Source: Abditibacterium sp.
GTDB lineage: Bacteria > Armatimonadota > Abditibacteriia > Abditibacteriales > Abditibacteriaceae
Direction of reading: 5' to 3'
NCBI GenBank assembly: GCA_965199495.1
Contig: CBDASK010000003.1
Coordinates: forward strand, 3,488,001 to 3,552,000
Length of the DNA stretch: 64,000 nucleotides
Under the pieces are notes generated by a model. That model saw only the letters and a program-made list of their open reading frames with translations, was not told the DNA's origin and made no database searches. Position numbers and translations under genes: made by a program. How positions within the stretch are numbered: the stretch's first letter is position 1; the number at the start of each line of letters is the position of its first letter. Of this stretch, positions 16,618 to 26,409 are shown piece by piece.

Positions 16618-17652
16618 ATGCCGTCACTGCTCTTTTTCTTCATCGCCGCTCTGGTCTTGAGCGGCGTGGCTCTTATCGCGCTGGGCCTGTTCGACCGTCA
16701 ACAAGAGGCGTCCGAATACAACATGGCCCAGCGTTTGGAGCGGGTTTCGACGGCGCGCAACAAACGCGTTTCGGTCGAAGATATGGACGCCGACCGCGAC
16801 TTCGCCAAGTTCGAGGAAGAGCGGATGCGCAAATCGCAGCGCCGCACGACCTATTTGCCCACGGTTTCGGAATACGCCGCCAAAAACAACTGGGTCATGC
16901 GCCTGGAAGAAGAGCTGATTCAGGTGCGTTCGCAGTGGCGCGCGACCGAACTTTTGGCGGGTTCGATCTTTTTAGCCGTTCTGGTTTTGACGATTGCGAT
17001 GGTCGTGGGCTTGGGGTTCTGGTCGTTTCTCATCGCCGCGCCGTTTCTGCTGTTGCCGCGCATTTACGTGCGCATTAAGCGCGCGGCCTATTATCGCAAA
17101 TTCGACGACCAATTGTCCGACGCGCTGATGTTGATGTCGAATTCGCTACGCGCGGGTTTTTCGTTTTTGCAGGCGATGGAAATGGTGGCGCGCGAGGCGC
17201 CCTCGCCCATCGGGGATGAGTTCGCGCGCGTCACGCAGGAAATCGGGCTGGGCGTGCCGATCGGCGAGGCGCTCAATGCGCTGAGCGCGCGCATCAAAAG
17301 CATGGATTTGGCTTTGGTCGTGACGGCAGTTGTGATTCAGCGCGAAGTCGGCGGCGCCCTGGCGCAACTGCTCGAACTCATCGCTGCCGTGATTCGCGAG
17401 CGCCAGACCATCAAAGGCGAAATTCGCACGCTCACTTCGCAGGGCCGCTTGACCGGCTACATTCTGGGCATGATGCCGATTTCGGTCGGTCTGGCGATTT
17501 TGCTGGTGGGCCGCGCCGTGGCTCCCAACGACCCGTCGTTCATTGACCCGCTAATTCACACATTTTTTGGCAATCTAATGTTAATTGGCGCCTTCATCTG
17601 GCAAATGATCGGCTTTTGGCTAATTATGCGCATAGTCTCGATTAAGGTCTAA
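16618..17652 (+). CDS. tadB: TadB-like type II secretion system F family protein
   Basis: FDDQLSDAL...SLRAGFSFLQAM; IQREVGGALAQLL; EIRTLTSQGR. Confidence 0.92.
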   Translation: MPSLLFFFIAALVLSGVALIALGLFDRQQEASEYNMAQRLERVSTARNKRVSVEDMDADRDFAKFEEERMRKSQRRTTYLPTVSEYAAKNNWVMRLEEELIQVRSQWRATELLAGSIFLAVLVLTIAMVVGLGFWSFLIAAPFLLLPRIYVRIKRAAYYRKFDDQLSDALMLMSNSLRAGFSFLQAMEMVAREAPSPIGDEFARVTQEIGLGVPIGEALNALSARIKSMDLALVVTAVVIQREVGGALAQLLELIAAVIRERQTIKGEIRTLTSQGRLTGYILGMMPISVGLAILLVGRAVAPNDPSFIDPLIHTFFGNLMLIGAFIWQMIGFWLIMRIVSIKV

Positions 17653-17660
17653 ATTTTTAG

Positions 17661-17756
17661 AGGAACAAGGGGCAGGGAACAGGGAACAAGAATTGGCGAA
17701 TCCACTTAGATTTTCAATTTCTTCACCTTGTTCCCTGCTCCCTGATCCTTGTCCCT
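17661..17756. repeat. Inverted pair of heptamer tandem arrays (AGGGAAC-like)
   Basis: AGGAACAAGGGGCAGGGAACAGGGAACAAG versus CCTTGTTCCCTGCTCCCTGATCCTTGTCCCT. Confidence 0.75.
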
Positions 17757-17763
17757 TACCCAA

Positions 17764-18669
17764 ATGCAAGAAGCTCCTAATCTTCCGTCCTCAACGCCGC
17801 GCCCGGTCGCGACATCGAGCAAAGGTCGCGTCACCGACCGTATTTTGCCGCCGCAAGAACGGTCGGTGCGCCAGAGCTTTCTCAAGCGCGCGATTTTCCC
17901 TTATTTCGAGCGGGCTACGGAGGCGCCGCGTTCGCTCAGTCGCCTCTTCAACGAAAACGAAATTCGCGTGCGTCTGCTACGCGCCGGTTTTCCGATGGGA
18001 CTGCGCGCCTCGACGTTTCGCGTTATCAAAATGCTCGGCGTTTTTCTGGGCGCGTTTCTGTTTCTGATTTATTTTCCCGTGCTGAACAAAATTTTCGGCC
18101 CGGCGTTTCACTTTGTGTTGCCCTTGTGGTTTCTGCCGTTCTGGGTCGGCATCGGCGCGTTTTACGGCTTTCGCATGCCCGATATTTGGCTGGGCATCCA
18201 AATCTCCAAACGCCAGAAAGAGATTCAATTGATTCTGCCCGACATGATTGACCTGATTTCGATTTCGGTCGAAGCCGGGCTGGGATTGATGATGGCGATC
18301 AAGCGCATTTCGGAGCGTTTTCCTAACGCTTTATCGGAAGAATTTTTGCGCACTTTGCAGGAAGTTCAACTGGGCGTTGACCAACCTTCGGCGCTGCGCG
18401 ATATGGCCCGTCGCGTCGGCTCCGACGATTTAAGCACGCTTCTCACCGCCATCGTGCAAGCCGAACTTTTGGGCTTGGCCGTCAGCAATGTGTTGCGCGT
18501 GCAGAGCGAGCGTTTGCGCGAACGGCGCAGCCAGCGCGCCCGCGAAGCCGCGCAAAAAGCGCCGATTAAAATGACATTTCCCCTCGTTTTGTTCATTTTT
18601 CCCGCGCTCTTCATCGTGATTTTAGGCCCGGCGATGATCAAGATATTTCTGGGACAAGGCGCATTTTAA
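17764..18669 (+). CDS. tadC: TadC-like type II secretion system F family protein
   Basis: LPDMIDLISISVEAGLG; AREAAQKAPIKMTFPLVLFIFPALFIVILGPA. Confidence 0.93.
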   Translation: MQEAPNLPSSTPRPVATSSKGRVTDRILPPQERSVRQSFLKRAIFPYFERATEAPRSLSRLFNENEIRVRLLRAGFPMGLRASTFRVIKMLGVFLGAFLFLIYFPVLNKIFGPAFHFVLPLWFLPFWVGIGAFYGFRMPDIWLGIQISKRQKEIQLILPDMIDLISISVEAGLGLMMAIKRISERFPNALSEEFLRTLQEVQLGVDQPSALRDMARRVGSDDLSTLLTAIVQAELLGLAVSNVLRVQSERLRERRSQRAREAAQKAPIKMTFPLVLFIFPALFIVILGPAMIKIFLGQGAF

Positions 18670-18718
18670 TAAGTGCGAGTGAGCGAAAACGGCGCGCAAC
18701 TCGCACCTGACTCGCGCG

Positions 18719-19528
18719 ATGAAATTTGGAATTTGTTGCGCGCCCGACGCGCTGGGCGATCCCGCCCATTCACTCGAACTGCTCGCCGATGCGGGCGCCG
18801 ATTATGTCGAATGGGGCGTTGGTTCGACCATGAAAAGCGAGGGCGAGTGGGAAAAACTGCGCGCCGTTGTTGCCAACTCGTCGCTCAAACCCGAAGCGTT
18901 CAACGGGTTTATTCCGGCCTCGCACCGCATCACCGGCCCCGATGTCGAACTCGATGAAGTCCTCGATTATGCCAGCGAAGCGATGCGCCGTTGCCGCGCC
19001 TTGGGCGCCGAAATTATCGTTCTGGGGAGCGGCGGCGCGCGCCAATTGAAGGAAGGTTGGGAGCCGACTCGTGGTTTAGACCAGTTCGAGACCTTTTGTC
19101 GCGAACTCGGCCCGCGCGCCGCGCAGCACGATATTATCGTCGCCATCGAGCCGCTCAACCGCAGCGAAGATAATCTGATCAACAGCGTCGCGGCGGGCGC
19201 GGCGATTGTGGATGCGGTTGAGCATCCCAATATCAAACTGTTGGCCGATTTCTATCACATGTTCCACGACGATGAAGCCACGGCGGACGTGGCCAAAGTC
19301 GGCTCGCGTTTGGTTCACACGCATCTGGCCGACTTGGGCCGCGTCGCGCCCGGTTGCGCCACCGAAGGCGAGGCCGATTTCGTCGGGTTTTTCCGCGCGC
19401 TGCACGCGGCAAATTACGACGCCCGTTGCAGTTTCGAGGGCAAAACGCACGATTTGGCGGCGCAGGCCGCAGCAATTATCGCGCACATGAAAAAGCGCCA
19501 TAGCCAAGCGATTGAATCGTCGTTTTGA
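18719..19528 (+). CDS. Sugar phosphate isomerase/epimerase (TIM barrel)
   Basis: IVLGSGGAR, AIEPLNRSE, LADFYHM, HTHLAD. Confidence 0.9.
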   Translation: MKFGICCAPDALGDPAHSLELLADAGADYVEWGVGSTMKSEGEWEKLRAVVANSSLKPEAFNGFIPASHRITGPDVELDEVLDYASEAMRRCRALGAEIIVLGSGGARQLKEGWEPTRGLDQFETFCRELGPRAAQHDIIVAIEPLNRSEDNLINSVAAGAAIVDAVEHPNIKLLADFYHMFHDDEATADVAKVGSRLVHTHLADLGRVAPGCATEGEADFVGFFRALHAANYDARCSFEGKTHDLAAQAAAIIAHMKKRHSQAIESSF

Positions 19529-19561
19529 GCGGGCAACTTTCGGAATTATCCGGCTTCTAAC

Positions 19562-19775
19562 TAACCCCGTGTGCAAGTTGTTTTTAGCTCCTCGCCTTGT
19601 CATTCTGAGCGGAGAGAGGAACGAACGAAGTCGAAGAATCCATGACGTATCACTCGCGATGAACGTCAAACTCCGTCGCAACCTGTGGATTCTTCGACTT
19701 CGTTCGTTCCTCACTCCACTCAGAATGACAAAGGAGGGAGAGATTGAACGTGAATAGAACTTGCACACGGGGTTA
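19562..19775. mobile_element. MITE-like element enclosing a GTCATT-type inverted repeat
   Basis: Outer perfect IR TAACCCCGTGTGCAAGTT 19562-19579/19758-19775; inner 46-bp IR 19597-19642/19686-19731. Confidence 0.7.
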
Positions 19776-19909
19776 ACTATCGAGCATTGACATTATGCTC
19801 GCTTGAAAAATAAAATTAAAGCGAAGGCGACGCGGCTGATGAAAATTAGGCCGCGCCGCTTTCGCGTTATATCTGGGGCGTTTTAATCGCTAATTCAAAC
19901 TCTATTCAG

Positions 19910-21760
19910 ATGAAATTTAAACTTCTCGTTCCCGTTTTGGCGCTGGCCGTATCCGGGTGTGCGAGCCAAATGGCGCACGCCGAGACCAAAGCCTACTGGC
20001 GTTTTGAAGACGGCACGCCCGGCGATTATGCCGCCGTCGGCAAAAACGTCGGCGCCGATTCCACCGGGCAAAACTCGCTCGCCGTGGCTGCTCGCGAGAC
20101 CCGCCCGCTTTATACCGGCGATGTGCCCTTTGGCACCGTTGCACAAACTGGCGCGCCCAACAAAACCGCGATTCAACTGGACTACGCGGGCGATTTTTTC
20201 ACGCCCGATGTGCCGATTGATGGGTTCGATTTCGGCCCCAAAGGTTCCAATGCGTGGACGGTTGAGCTTTCGTTCAAGATGACGAGCGTGGATGGCGTGA
20301 GCCGTTTGTTTGGCCGCGACGGCGTGACGCCGGGTGTGGATAAACGCGGGCCGCTGCAAATTCTCGTGGTTGGCAACAACAAAAAATTCGACGTGCGCGC
20401 CGAAATTCTCGATGGTAGCAACACCTTTCGCGATGTCGTCAGCCCGGCGAATTTGCAAATCGGGCGTTGGTATAATCTGGCAGCCACGGCGAGCGCCAAC
20501 TCGCTCCAATTGTATCTCGATGCGCTCGATGGCAAAGGTTATCAAATGGTCGCGCAAAAAGAAATTAGAGGCGCGCTCAATGGCACCAAAAATCTGTTTT
20601 CTATCGGGCGTGGCTTCTCCGAACGTCCCACCGATAACATGAGCGGTTTGCTCGACGAAGTGCGCCTGAGCGATAGGACTTTGACGCCCGCGCAGTTCTT
20701 GTTTTCCAACGCCAATGGCATGGGCGTGACGGCGGCGCCCGATTATTATAAAGCGCCCGCGCCGATCAAGATTTTTTCGGGCGCTGATCCCGACACCGAT
20801 TTTTTCGCTGGCAAGTTCTGGATGTATATTACCGCGCAAAACAACATCGGCCCGAAGAACCCGGTGTTTTATGCGTTCTCGTCGCCCGATTTGAAAAGTT
20901 GGACCAAAACCGCGCAACCGATTTTCCAGTTCAAAAGCGCGCCGTGGATCGCCGCCAATGGCCGCGATTATAACGGCGCGTGGGCGCCCTGCGCCATCGA
21001 GAAAAACGGCAAATACTATCTGTATTATTCGGTCGGCCCACAAAATGCGCAAGGCCCGGCGCGCATCGGCGTGGCGGTCGGCAATTCGCCGGGCGGCCCT
21101 TTCGTGGACAGCGGCAAAGCGTTAATTACCGGCGGCAACGGCTTCGAGGCGATTGACCCCGAAGTTTTCCAAGATCCAAAGTCGGGCAAAACCTATTTGT
21201 ATGCGGGCGGCAGCGCCGGAGCCAAACTGCGCATCTGGGAAATGGCGCCCGATTTGGTCAACGTCGCGCGCGAAATTCCCGTCGAGACGCCGCCGCAATT
21301 CACCGAAGGCGTCTTTGTTCACTACGCTAACGGCCAGTATTATCTCTCGTATTCGCACGGTTTTTATGGCGGCGCGAGCTATTCGGTTCACTACGCGACA
21401 TCGAATTCGCCGGTTGGCCCGTGGCACTATCGCGGCCCGATTCTGCGCAGTGACCGCACGCGCAAAGGCCCCGGTCATCACAGTTTCGTCAAAGACCCGC
21501 GTAATGGCCAATGGGTTATCGTCTATCATCGCTGGCAAAGCCCCGACAACGGCAACCCGTTCAAAGCGCCCGGCGGTCGCAGCATAGATATTCAGCCGAT
21601 TTACTACGATGCGACCGGCGCGATTTTGCCCATCGAAATGAACAACGACGTGCCCATTTTGCGCGGCGCGGCGCCCGTGGCTGCATTGCCGCGCAAGCCT
21701 TTGGTCGGGCAAGCCGCCAAAACTTATCAGCGCCCGAAGACAGCCACGGCGACGCGCTAA
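19910..21760 (+). CDS. Exported LamG/ConA-like domain plus GH43 glycoside hydrolase
   Basis: Signal peptide with VSGC; GLLDEVRLSDRTL; GADP, WAP, AIDP, TEG, GPGHHS. Confidence 0.9.
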   Translation: MKFKLLVPVLALAVSGCASQMAHAETKAYWRFEDGTPGDYAAVGKNVGADSTGQNSLAVAARETRPLYTGDVPFGTVAQTGAPNKTAIQLDYAGDFFTPDVPIDGFDFGPKGSNAWTVELSFKMTSVDGVSRLFGRDGVTPGVDKRGPLQILVVGNNKKFDVRAEILDGSNTFRDVVSPANLQIGRWYNLAATASANSLQLYLDALDGKGYQMVAQKEIRGALNGTKNLFSIGRGFSERPTDNMSGLLDEVRLSDRTLTPAQFLFSNANGMGVTAAPDYYKAPAPIKIFSGADPDTDFFAGKFWMYITAQNNIGPKNPVFYAFSSPDLKSWTKTAQPIFQFKSAPWIAANGRDYNGAWAPCAIEKNGKYYLYYSVGPQNAQGPARIGVAVGNSPGGPFVDSGKALITGGNGFEAIDPEVFQDPKSGKTYLYAGGSAGAKLRIWEMAPDLVNVAREIPVETPPQFTEGVFVHYANGQYYLSYSHGFYGGASYSVHYATSNSPVGPWHYRGPILRSDRTRKGPGHHSFVKDPRNGQWVIVYHRWQSPDNGNPFKAPGGRSIDIQPIYYDATGAILPIEMNNDVPILRGAAPVAALPRKPLVGQAAKTYQRPKTATATR

Positions 21761-21820
21761 AAACAAAACCGTCCGCAAACCACATTGCGGGAGGTTTATT
21801 TTTTGCGGGTTTGCGCGCTC

Positions 21821-22501
21821 ATGTTGAAAACCATCGCACCCAACCAATTGTGGTGCATCGAAGCGCCGATGACGATGCTCGGTCTGCACTTCGGCGCGCG
21901 CGGGTCAATTGCGCGCTTGCACGACGATACATTATGGGTTCACGCACCGTTTGCTATTTCCGATGAAGACGAAGCCGCGATTAAAGATCAGGGCGCCGTG
22001 GCTCATATCGTGGCGCCGAACAATTTTCATTATAAAGAAATCGGCGAATTTACGCGCCACTTTCCCGATGCGCAACTGTGGGTTGTGCCCGCTCTCGCCA
22101 CCAAATTGGGCGAACTGCCGCACTTGCCTTTGCATTCGATACCGCCCGATTGGGCAAGCGATTTCGACGGCGTTTTGTTCGACGCGGCGTTGGGCTACGA
22201 AGAATGGATATTTTGTCATCGCGCCAGCAAAAGTTTAATTCTCACCGATTTAGTTTTGAACGTGCCGCGTCCCAATAATCCCATTGGTCGCGTTATTGGC
22301 GCGATTTTGGACGAAGGACGCGGCTGCAAATCGAGCCGGTTGGTGCGCGCGGCAATTTTAGGCGGGCGAGATTTAGAGACGGCGCGCGCGCAGGTGAATC
22401 AGATATTGCGTTGGGATTTCGAGCGCGTAATTATGGCGCACGGCACAATTATTCCGCGCGATGGCAAGCGCGTGTTGCGACGGGCGTTGCGTTGGATTTA
22501 G
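21821..22501 (+). CDS. DUF4336 domain protein (metallo-beta-lactamase-like fold)
   Basis: LWVHAP, HIVAPNNFH, HRASKSLILTD, WDFERVIMAHG. Confidence 0.85.
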   Translation: MLKTIAPNQLWCIEAPMTMLGLHFGARGSIARLHDDTLWVHAPFAISDEDEAAIKDQGAVAHIVAPNNFHYKEIGEFTRHFPDAQLWVVPALATKLGELPHLPLHSIPPDWASDFDGVLFDAALGYEEWIFCHRASKSLILTDLVLNVPRPNNPIGRVIGAILDEGRGCKSSRLVRAAILGGRDLETARAQVNQILRWDFERVIMAHGTIIPRDGKRVLRRALRWI

Positions 22502-23028
22502 TAATTTGGCCCTTTAATAATTTTGGCTTTATCGCGCGCGCCAGCGAGCATTTCGCGGGCCGAAGCCAGATAATTCTCTTGCTGATTGCTAAATTCGCCG
22601 CCGCCTGTAACGACTTTCCCGCCCGGACGAATCCAGCGCCACAATTTGCCATTTTTGAAATACCAACGTTCCTGCCGCCGCGAGGCGATTTTTACAGGCG
22701 TGTCGAAAAAGTCACTCTGTGGATGATTGTAATTTTCGCTCGTGCGCAAGATGAAGAACAGGCGGCCTTGCCAGAAATAAAATTCTTCGGTGGCCTGGCC
22801 GGTTTCGCCGTAGTATTTAGCGACTATCTTGAGCGGTGCGCCTTTGCGAAAGTAAGCCGTGAGTTCGCCGCCTTCGGCAGAGTAACCCTGCAAATCACGT
22901 TTAACGACAGTGGCTTTGGGCACGGCTTTATCAACGGCGGCATAATGCGCGCGCACGAGGGCGGCATCGTCGGCGGCGTGGCTGGTGATGGAGACGAGGA
23001 GAGCGAAGGCGAGAATTGCGAGTTTCAT
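22498..23028 (-). CDS. Secreted hypothetical protein
   Basis: Signal peptide MKLAILAFALLVSITSHAA; SAEGGELTAYF...EEFYF. Confidence 0.8.
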   Translation of the reverse strand: MKLAILAFALLVSITSHAADDAALVRAHYAAVDKAVPKATVVKRDLQGYSAEGGELTAYFRKGAPLKIVAKYYGETGQATEEFYFWQGRLFFILRTSENYNHPQSDFFDTPVKIASRRQERWYFKNGKLWRWIRPGGKVVTGGGEFSNQQENYLASAREMLAGARDKAKIIKGPNY

Positions 23029-23035
23029 TGTTTTT

Positions 23036-23076
23036 GTTTCACACAAAGGGACAAAGATCGCACCAAGGGAACAAAG
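23036..23076. repeat. CACAAAG-unit repeat downstream of the GxxExxY gene
   Basis: Direct, slightly diverged copy of 23486-23526. Confidence 0.85.
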
Positions 23077-23082
23077 ATTGGA

Positions 23083-23478
23083 TTAGCCGTTGACAACTCT
23101 TTTGGTGCCATCGCGCACGGTGGCCTCGTTGAAGTTGATTAAGAGGCCAAGCCAGAGTTCGGTAAGTTTGAGGTAAGTCGTGAGCTGGAGCGTGTGAATA
23201 ACTTGTAGCTTTTCGACCGATTTGATTTCGACAATTACCAAGCCGCCGACCAATATATCCAACCGGTAACCGCATTCTAAAACTAAACCTTTGTAATCGA
23301 GAGCTACGGGGGCCTGACGCTTAAACGGAATGTGAGAGAGTTCTAACTCGCGGCACAAACACGCTTCGTAAGCTGATTCCAGAAGTCCTGGCCCGGTTTG
23401 GCGATGCACTTCGATGGCCGCGCCAATAATCCGGTTCGATAATTCGTTGGAGCGTGCAATTAAATCGTCTCTTTCCAT
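23083..23478 (-). CDS. GxxExxY protein (PD-(D/E)XK nuclease-like)
   Basis: IIGAAIEVHRQTGPGLLESAYEACL, YRLDILV, VEIKSV, GLLINF. Confidence 0.95.
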   Translation of the reverse strand: MERDDLIARSNELSNRIIGAAIEVHRQTGPGLLESAYEACLCRELELSHIPFKRQAPVALDYKGLVLECGYRLDILVGGLVIVEIKSVEKLQVIHTLQLTTYLKLTELWLGLLINFNEATVRDGTKRVVNG

Positions 23479-23484
23479 TTCAAG

Positions 23485-23583
23485 AGTTTCACACAAAGGC
23501 ACAAAGATCACACGAAGGATACAAAGGAGTTAAAGAAAAATCTTTGTATCCTTCGTGTGATCTTTGTGCCTTTGTGTGAAACT
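23485..23583. repeat. CACAAAG-unit inverted repeat upstream of the GxxExxY gene
   Basis: 42-bp perfect IR 23485-23526/23542-23583, touching the leuS stop codon. Confidence 0.9.
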
Positions 23584-26230
23584 AAACCACGATATTCACC
23601 AAGCGCCCCGGCACTACCACAACCTTCCGCGCCACCTTACCCTCCATCGCAGCAGCCACGTCGGCGTTGCCCAACGCCAGCGCCTCCAAAACATCGTTCG
23701 CCAATCCAACCTCAACCGTCAGTCGCGCCTTCAACTTGCCGTTGACTTGAACCGGAATTACCACCTCATCTTCCTTCGCCACATCCGCATCGGCGCGCGG
23801 CCATTCCATCCGATAGAACGATTGCTCGAAGCCCAACTGCGAACCCAATTCGTCGGCGATGTGCGGCGCGAACGGACTCAGCAACAACAACAGATTCTCG
23901 ACCGCTTCGCCGTAAACCGCCGCGTTGCTGTTTTTGCCGTTGAGCCATTCTTGCAGCGCGTTCACCTCTTCCATCAGCGCCGCGATGGCCGTGTTCATAT
24001 TGAATCGCTCGATGTCCACGCTCACGCGCTCGATGGTTTGATGCGTTTTGCGACGCAATTTCTTATCGGCGCCGCTTTCGCCGCCGAGGTTGTCGCGCCA
24101 ATTAGCGTCGAACGGCTGCGCCAGACACGCGCGCCAGACGCGTTCGAGAAAGCGATAGGTGCCCGCGAAAACCGAATCCGATTCGCCGCGTTTCCATTCC
24201 ACATCTTGGTCGGGCGGCCCCATGAACAGCGTCATCATGCGCGTGGCATCGGCGCCGTATTGGGCAACGGCATCGTCCAAAGCCACGACGTTGCCCTTGC
24301 TTTTGCTCATCTTGACGACTTTATCTTCGCCGTTTTCTCCGGCGCCCGGCGCCAACATCGTCACCATGCCCTGCGTGAAGAGGCGCGGGAACGGTTCGTT
24401 GTGCGCCACCAAACCCAAATCGAACAAGACTTTGGTGAAAAAGCGCGCGTAAATCAGGTGCATCGTGGCGTGTTCGACGCCGCCGACGTATTGGTCAACC
24501 GCCATCCAACGCGCCAAATCGTCGGGATTAAACGGCGCATTGGCGTCGTGCGGCGAGCAAAAGCGCAGGAAATACCAACTCGAATCCACGAACGTATCGA
24601 GCGTATCGGTCTCGCGCCGCGCCGGATTGCCCTCGCTGTCGCGCGCGTCTTGCCACGAAGCCGAAGTTTCGAGCGGGTTGCCGTGTCCGGTAAATTGAAC
24701 GTCTGTGGGCAGCAAAACCGGCAATTGATCGAGCGGCACGGTTTCGAGCGCGCCGTCCTCGCGGTAAACGATGGGGATCGGGCAACCCCAGTAGCGTTGG
24801 CGGCTCATGCACCAGGGCCGCAAACGATAGTTGACCGTCGCCTCCCCAATCCCCTCCGCTTCCATATATTCCGTGATTTTCTGGCGCGCGTCGTCGGGAT
24901 TCCAACCGTTGAAGTCGCCGGAACCTGTCAGCCATCCCTCGTATTTATCGGTGTGGGCTGAGACGATATTTGTGTAAGCCTGACCGCTTGGAAAAATTTC
25001 GTCTAATTCTTCCTGTGTTGGTTCTTCGTCCTCCCCCTTTGAGGCAGCGAGTTCGTGTATTTTCCTTTCTTGATCTTCATCCCACTCGTTGTTTTCAGGG
25101 TCACCAAAGCACGGATTGTCGAATAAGTCCTCCGGCAAAACAACCAATTTAATCGGCAAATCATATTTTTTGGCGAAGTCGAAATCGCGTTCGTCGTGGG
25201 CGGGCACGGCCATCACGGCGCCGCTGCCGTAATCGCTCACCACGTAATTCGCCAGCCAAATCGGAACCGCTTCGCCGTTCATCGGGTTGGTGCAATAGGC
25301 GCCGGTAAACATCCCTTCCTTGGGAAAATCCGTCGAACGGTCGCGCTGCGCGTCCTTCTGACGCGCCACATGATCCCGAAACTCGCGCGCCGGCCCTTCC
25401 CATTCCGTGTCCGCAACCAACGCATCAACCAGAGGCGCATCGGGCGCCATCACCAGGTAAGTCACGCCGAAAACCGTGTCCACGCGCGTGGTAAAAACTT
25501 CGATTTCGCCCTCTCTGTCCCGCAACGGAAAGCGAAACGTTACGCCTTCGCTGCGCCCGATCCAATCGCGTTGGGCTTTGATGACGCGTTCGGGCCAATC
25601 GGTTAAAGTCTCCAAATCGTCCAACAATCGCTGCGCGTAGGCGGGCGTGTTGGCGAACCATTGCGTCAACTCTTTCTGCTCGACGAGGTTGCCGCAACGG
25701 TCACATTTTCCGTCTTTGACCTGTTCGTTGGCCAGCACGGTTTGATCGTTTGGGCACCAGTTGACGAGGGCCGATTTGCGTTCGATGAGACCGGCGTTAT
25801 AAAGCTGAATCCACAGCCATTGCGTCCATTTGTAGTAGTCGGGTTTGCAAGTCGCGATTTCGCGCGACCAATCGAAGGCGATGCCCAATTTATCGAACTG
25901 TTCGTGCATCTGTCCGATACATTTGTCCGTCCACTGCGCCGGATGGACGCCGCGATTGATGGCGGCGTTTTCGGCGGGCAAGCCAAAGGCGTCCCAGCCC
26001 ATCGGGTGCAAAACGTTATAGCCGTTCATCACGCGATAGCGCGCGACGGCATCGCCGATGGCGTAGTTGCGAACGTGCCCGACGTGCAAAGCGCCCGACG
26101 GGTAAGGGAACATATCGAGGTAATAAAACTTCGGTTTATCGGGGTCGAAAGTGGTGTCGAAGAGGTTATTCTGGCGCCAGTTGGTTTGCCATTTGGTTTC
26201 GATTTCGGATGGGTTGTAGCGAGTTTCCAT
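23582..26230 (-). CDS. leuS: Leucine--tRNA ligase
   Basis: MFPYPSG.LHVGH, GWDAFGLPAENAA, FTTR, SRQRYWG, YVGGVEHA, KMSKSKGN. Confidence 0.98.
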   Translation of the reverse strand: METRYNPSEIETKWQTNWRQNNLFDTTFDPDKPKFYYLDMFPYPSGALHVGHVRNYAIGDAVARYRVMNGYNVLHPMGWDAFGLPAENAAINRGVHPAQWTDKCIGQMHEQFDKLGIAFDWSREIATCKPDYYKWTQWLWIQLYNAGLIERKSALVNWCPNDQTVLANEQVKDGKCDRCGNLVEQKELTQWFANTPAYAQRLLDDLETLTDWPERVIKAQRDWIGRSEGVTFRFPLRDREGEIEVFTTRVDTVFGVTYLVMAPDAPLVDALVADTEWEGPAREFRDHVARQKDAQRDRSTDFPKEGMFTGAYCTNPMNGEAVPIWLANYVVSDYGSGAVMAVPAHDERDFDFAKKYDLPIKLVVLPEDLFDNPCFGDPENNEWDEDQERKIHELAASKGEDEEPTQEELDEIFPSGQAYTNIVSAHTDKYEGWLTGSGDFNGWNPDDARQKITEYMEAEGIGEATVNYRLRPWCMSRQRYWGCPIPIVYREDGALETVPLDQLPVLLPTDVQFTGHGNPLETSASWQDARDSEGNPARRETDTLDTFVDSSWYFLRFCSPHDANAPFNPDDLARWMAVDQYVGGVEHATMHLIYARFFTKVLFDLGLVAHNEPFPRLFTQGMVTMLAPGAGENGEDKVVKMSKSKGNVVALDDAVAQYGADATRMMTLFMGPPDQDVEWKRGESDSVFAGTYRFLERVWRACLAQPFDANWRDNLGGESGADKKLRRKTHQTIERVSVDIERFNMNTAIAALMEEVNALQEWLNGKNSNAAVYGEAVENLLLLLSPFAPHIADELGSQLGFEQSFYRMEWPRADADVAKEDEVVIPVQVNGKLKARLTVEVGLANDVLEALALGNADVAAAMEGKVARKVVVVPGRLVNIVV

Positions 26231-26257
26231 TGGATTAAGTTAGTTTGCGATAAATCT

Positions 26258-26400
26258 CGTAGGGGCGGGGTTCCCCCGCCCGAAACGTCAATGCGACGAT
26301 AACGGTAATGCCAACCCGTGACGTTTCGGGTGGGGGATATGCGGCGAATTCAACAAATGTCGGCGCGTAACGTTTTGGGCGGGGGAACCCCGCCCCTACG
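26258..26400. repeat. GTAG-type REP doublet (GTAGGGGCGGGGTTCCCCCGCCC)
   Basis: Inverted arms; same family as 44151-44246. Confidence 0.88.
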
Positions 26401-26409
26401 GGGTGCGAA

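Noticed and set aside
19076..19768. ORFs crossing the intergenic palindromes (also 10691..11029, 46332..46577, 42075..42326)
   Set aside because: Translations derive from repeat sequence and antisense overlap
23564..24961. 465-aa plus-strand ORF
   Set aside because: Antisense shadow of leuS with no motif support
24932..25130. Intein or intron in leuS
   Set aside because: No C/S...HN-C/S/T splice motifs, the frame is open and the segment is too short
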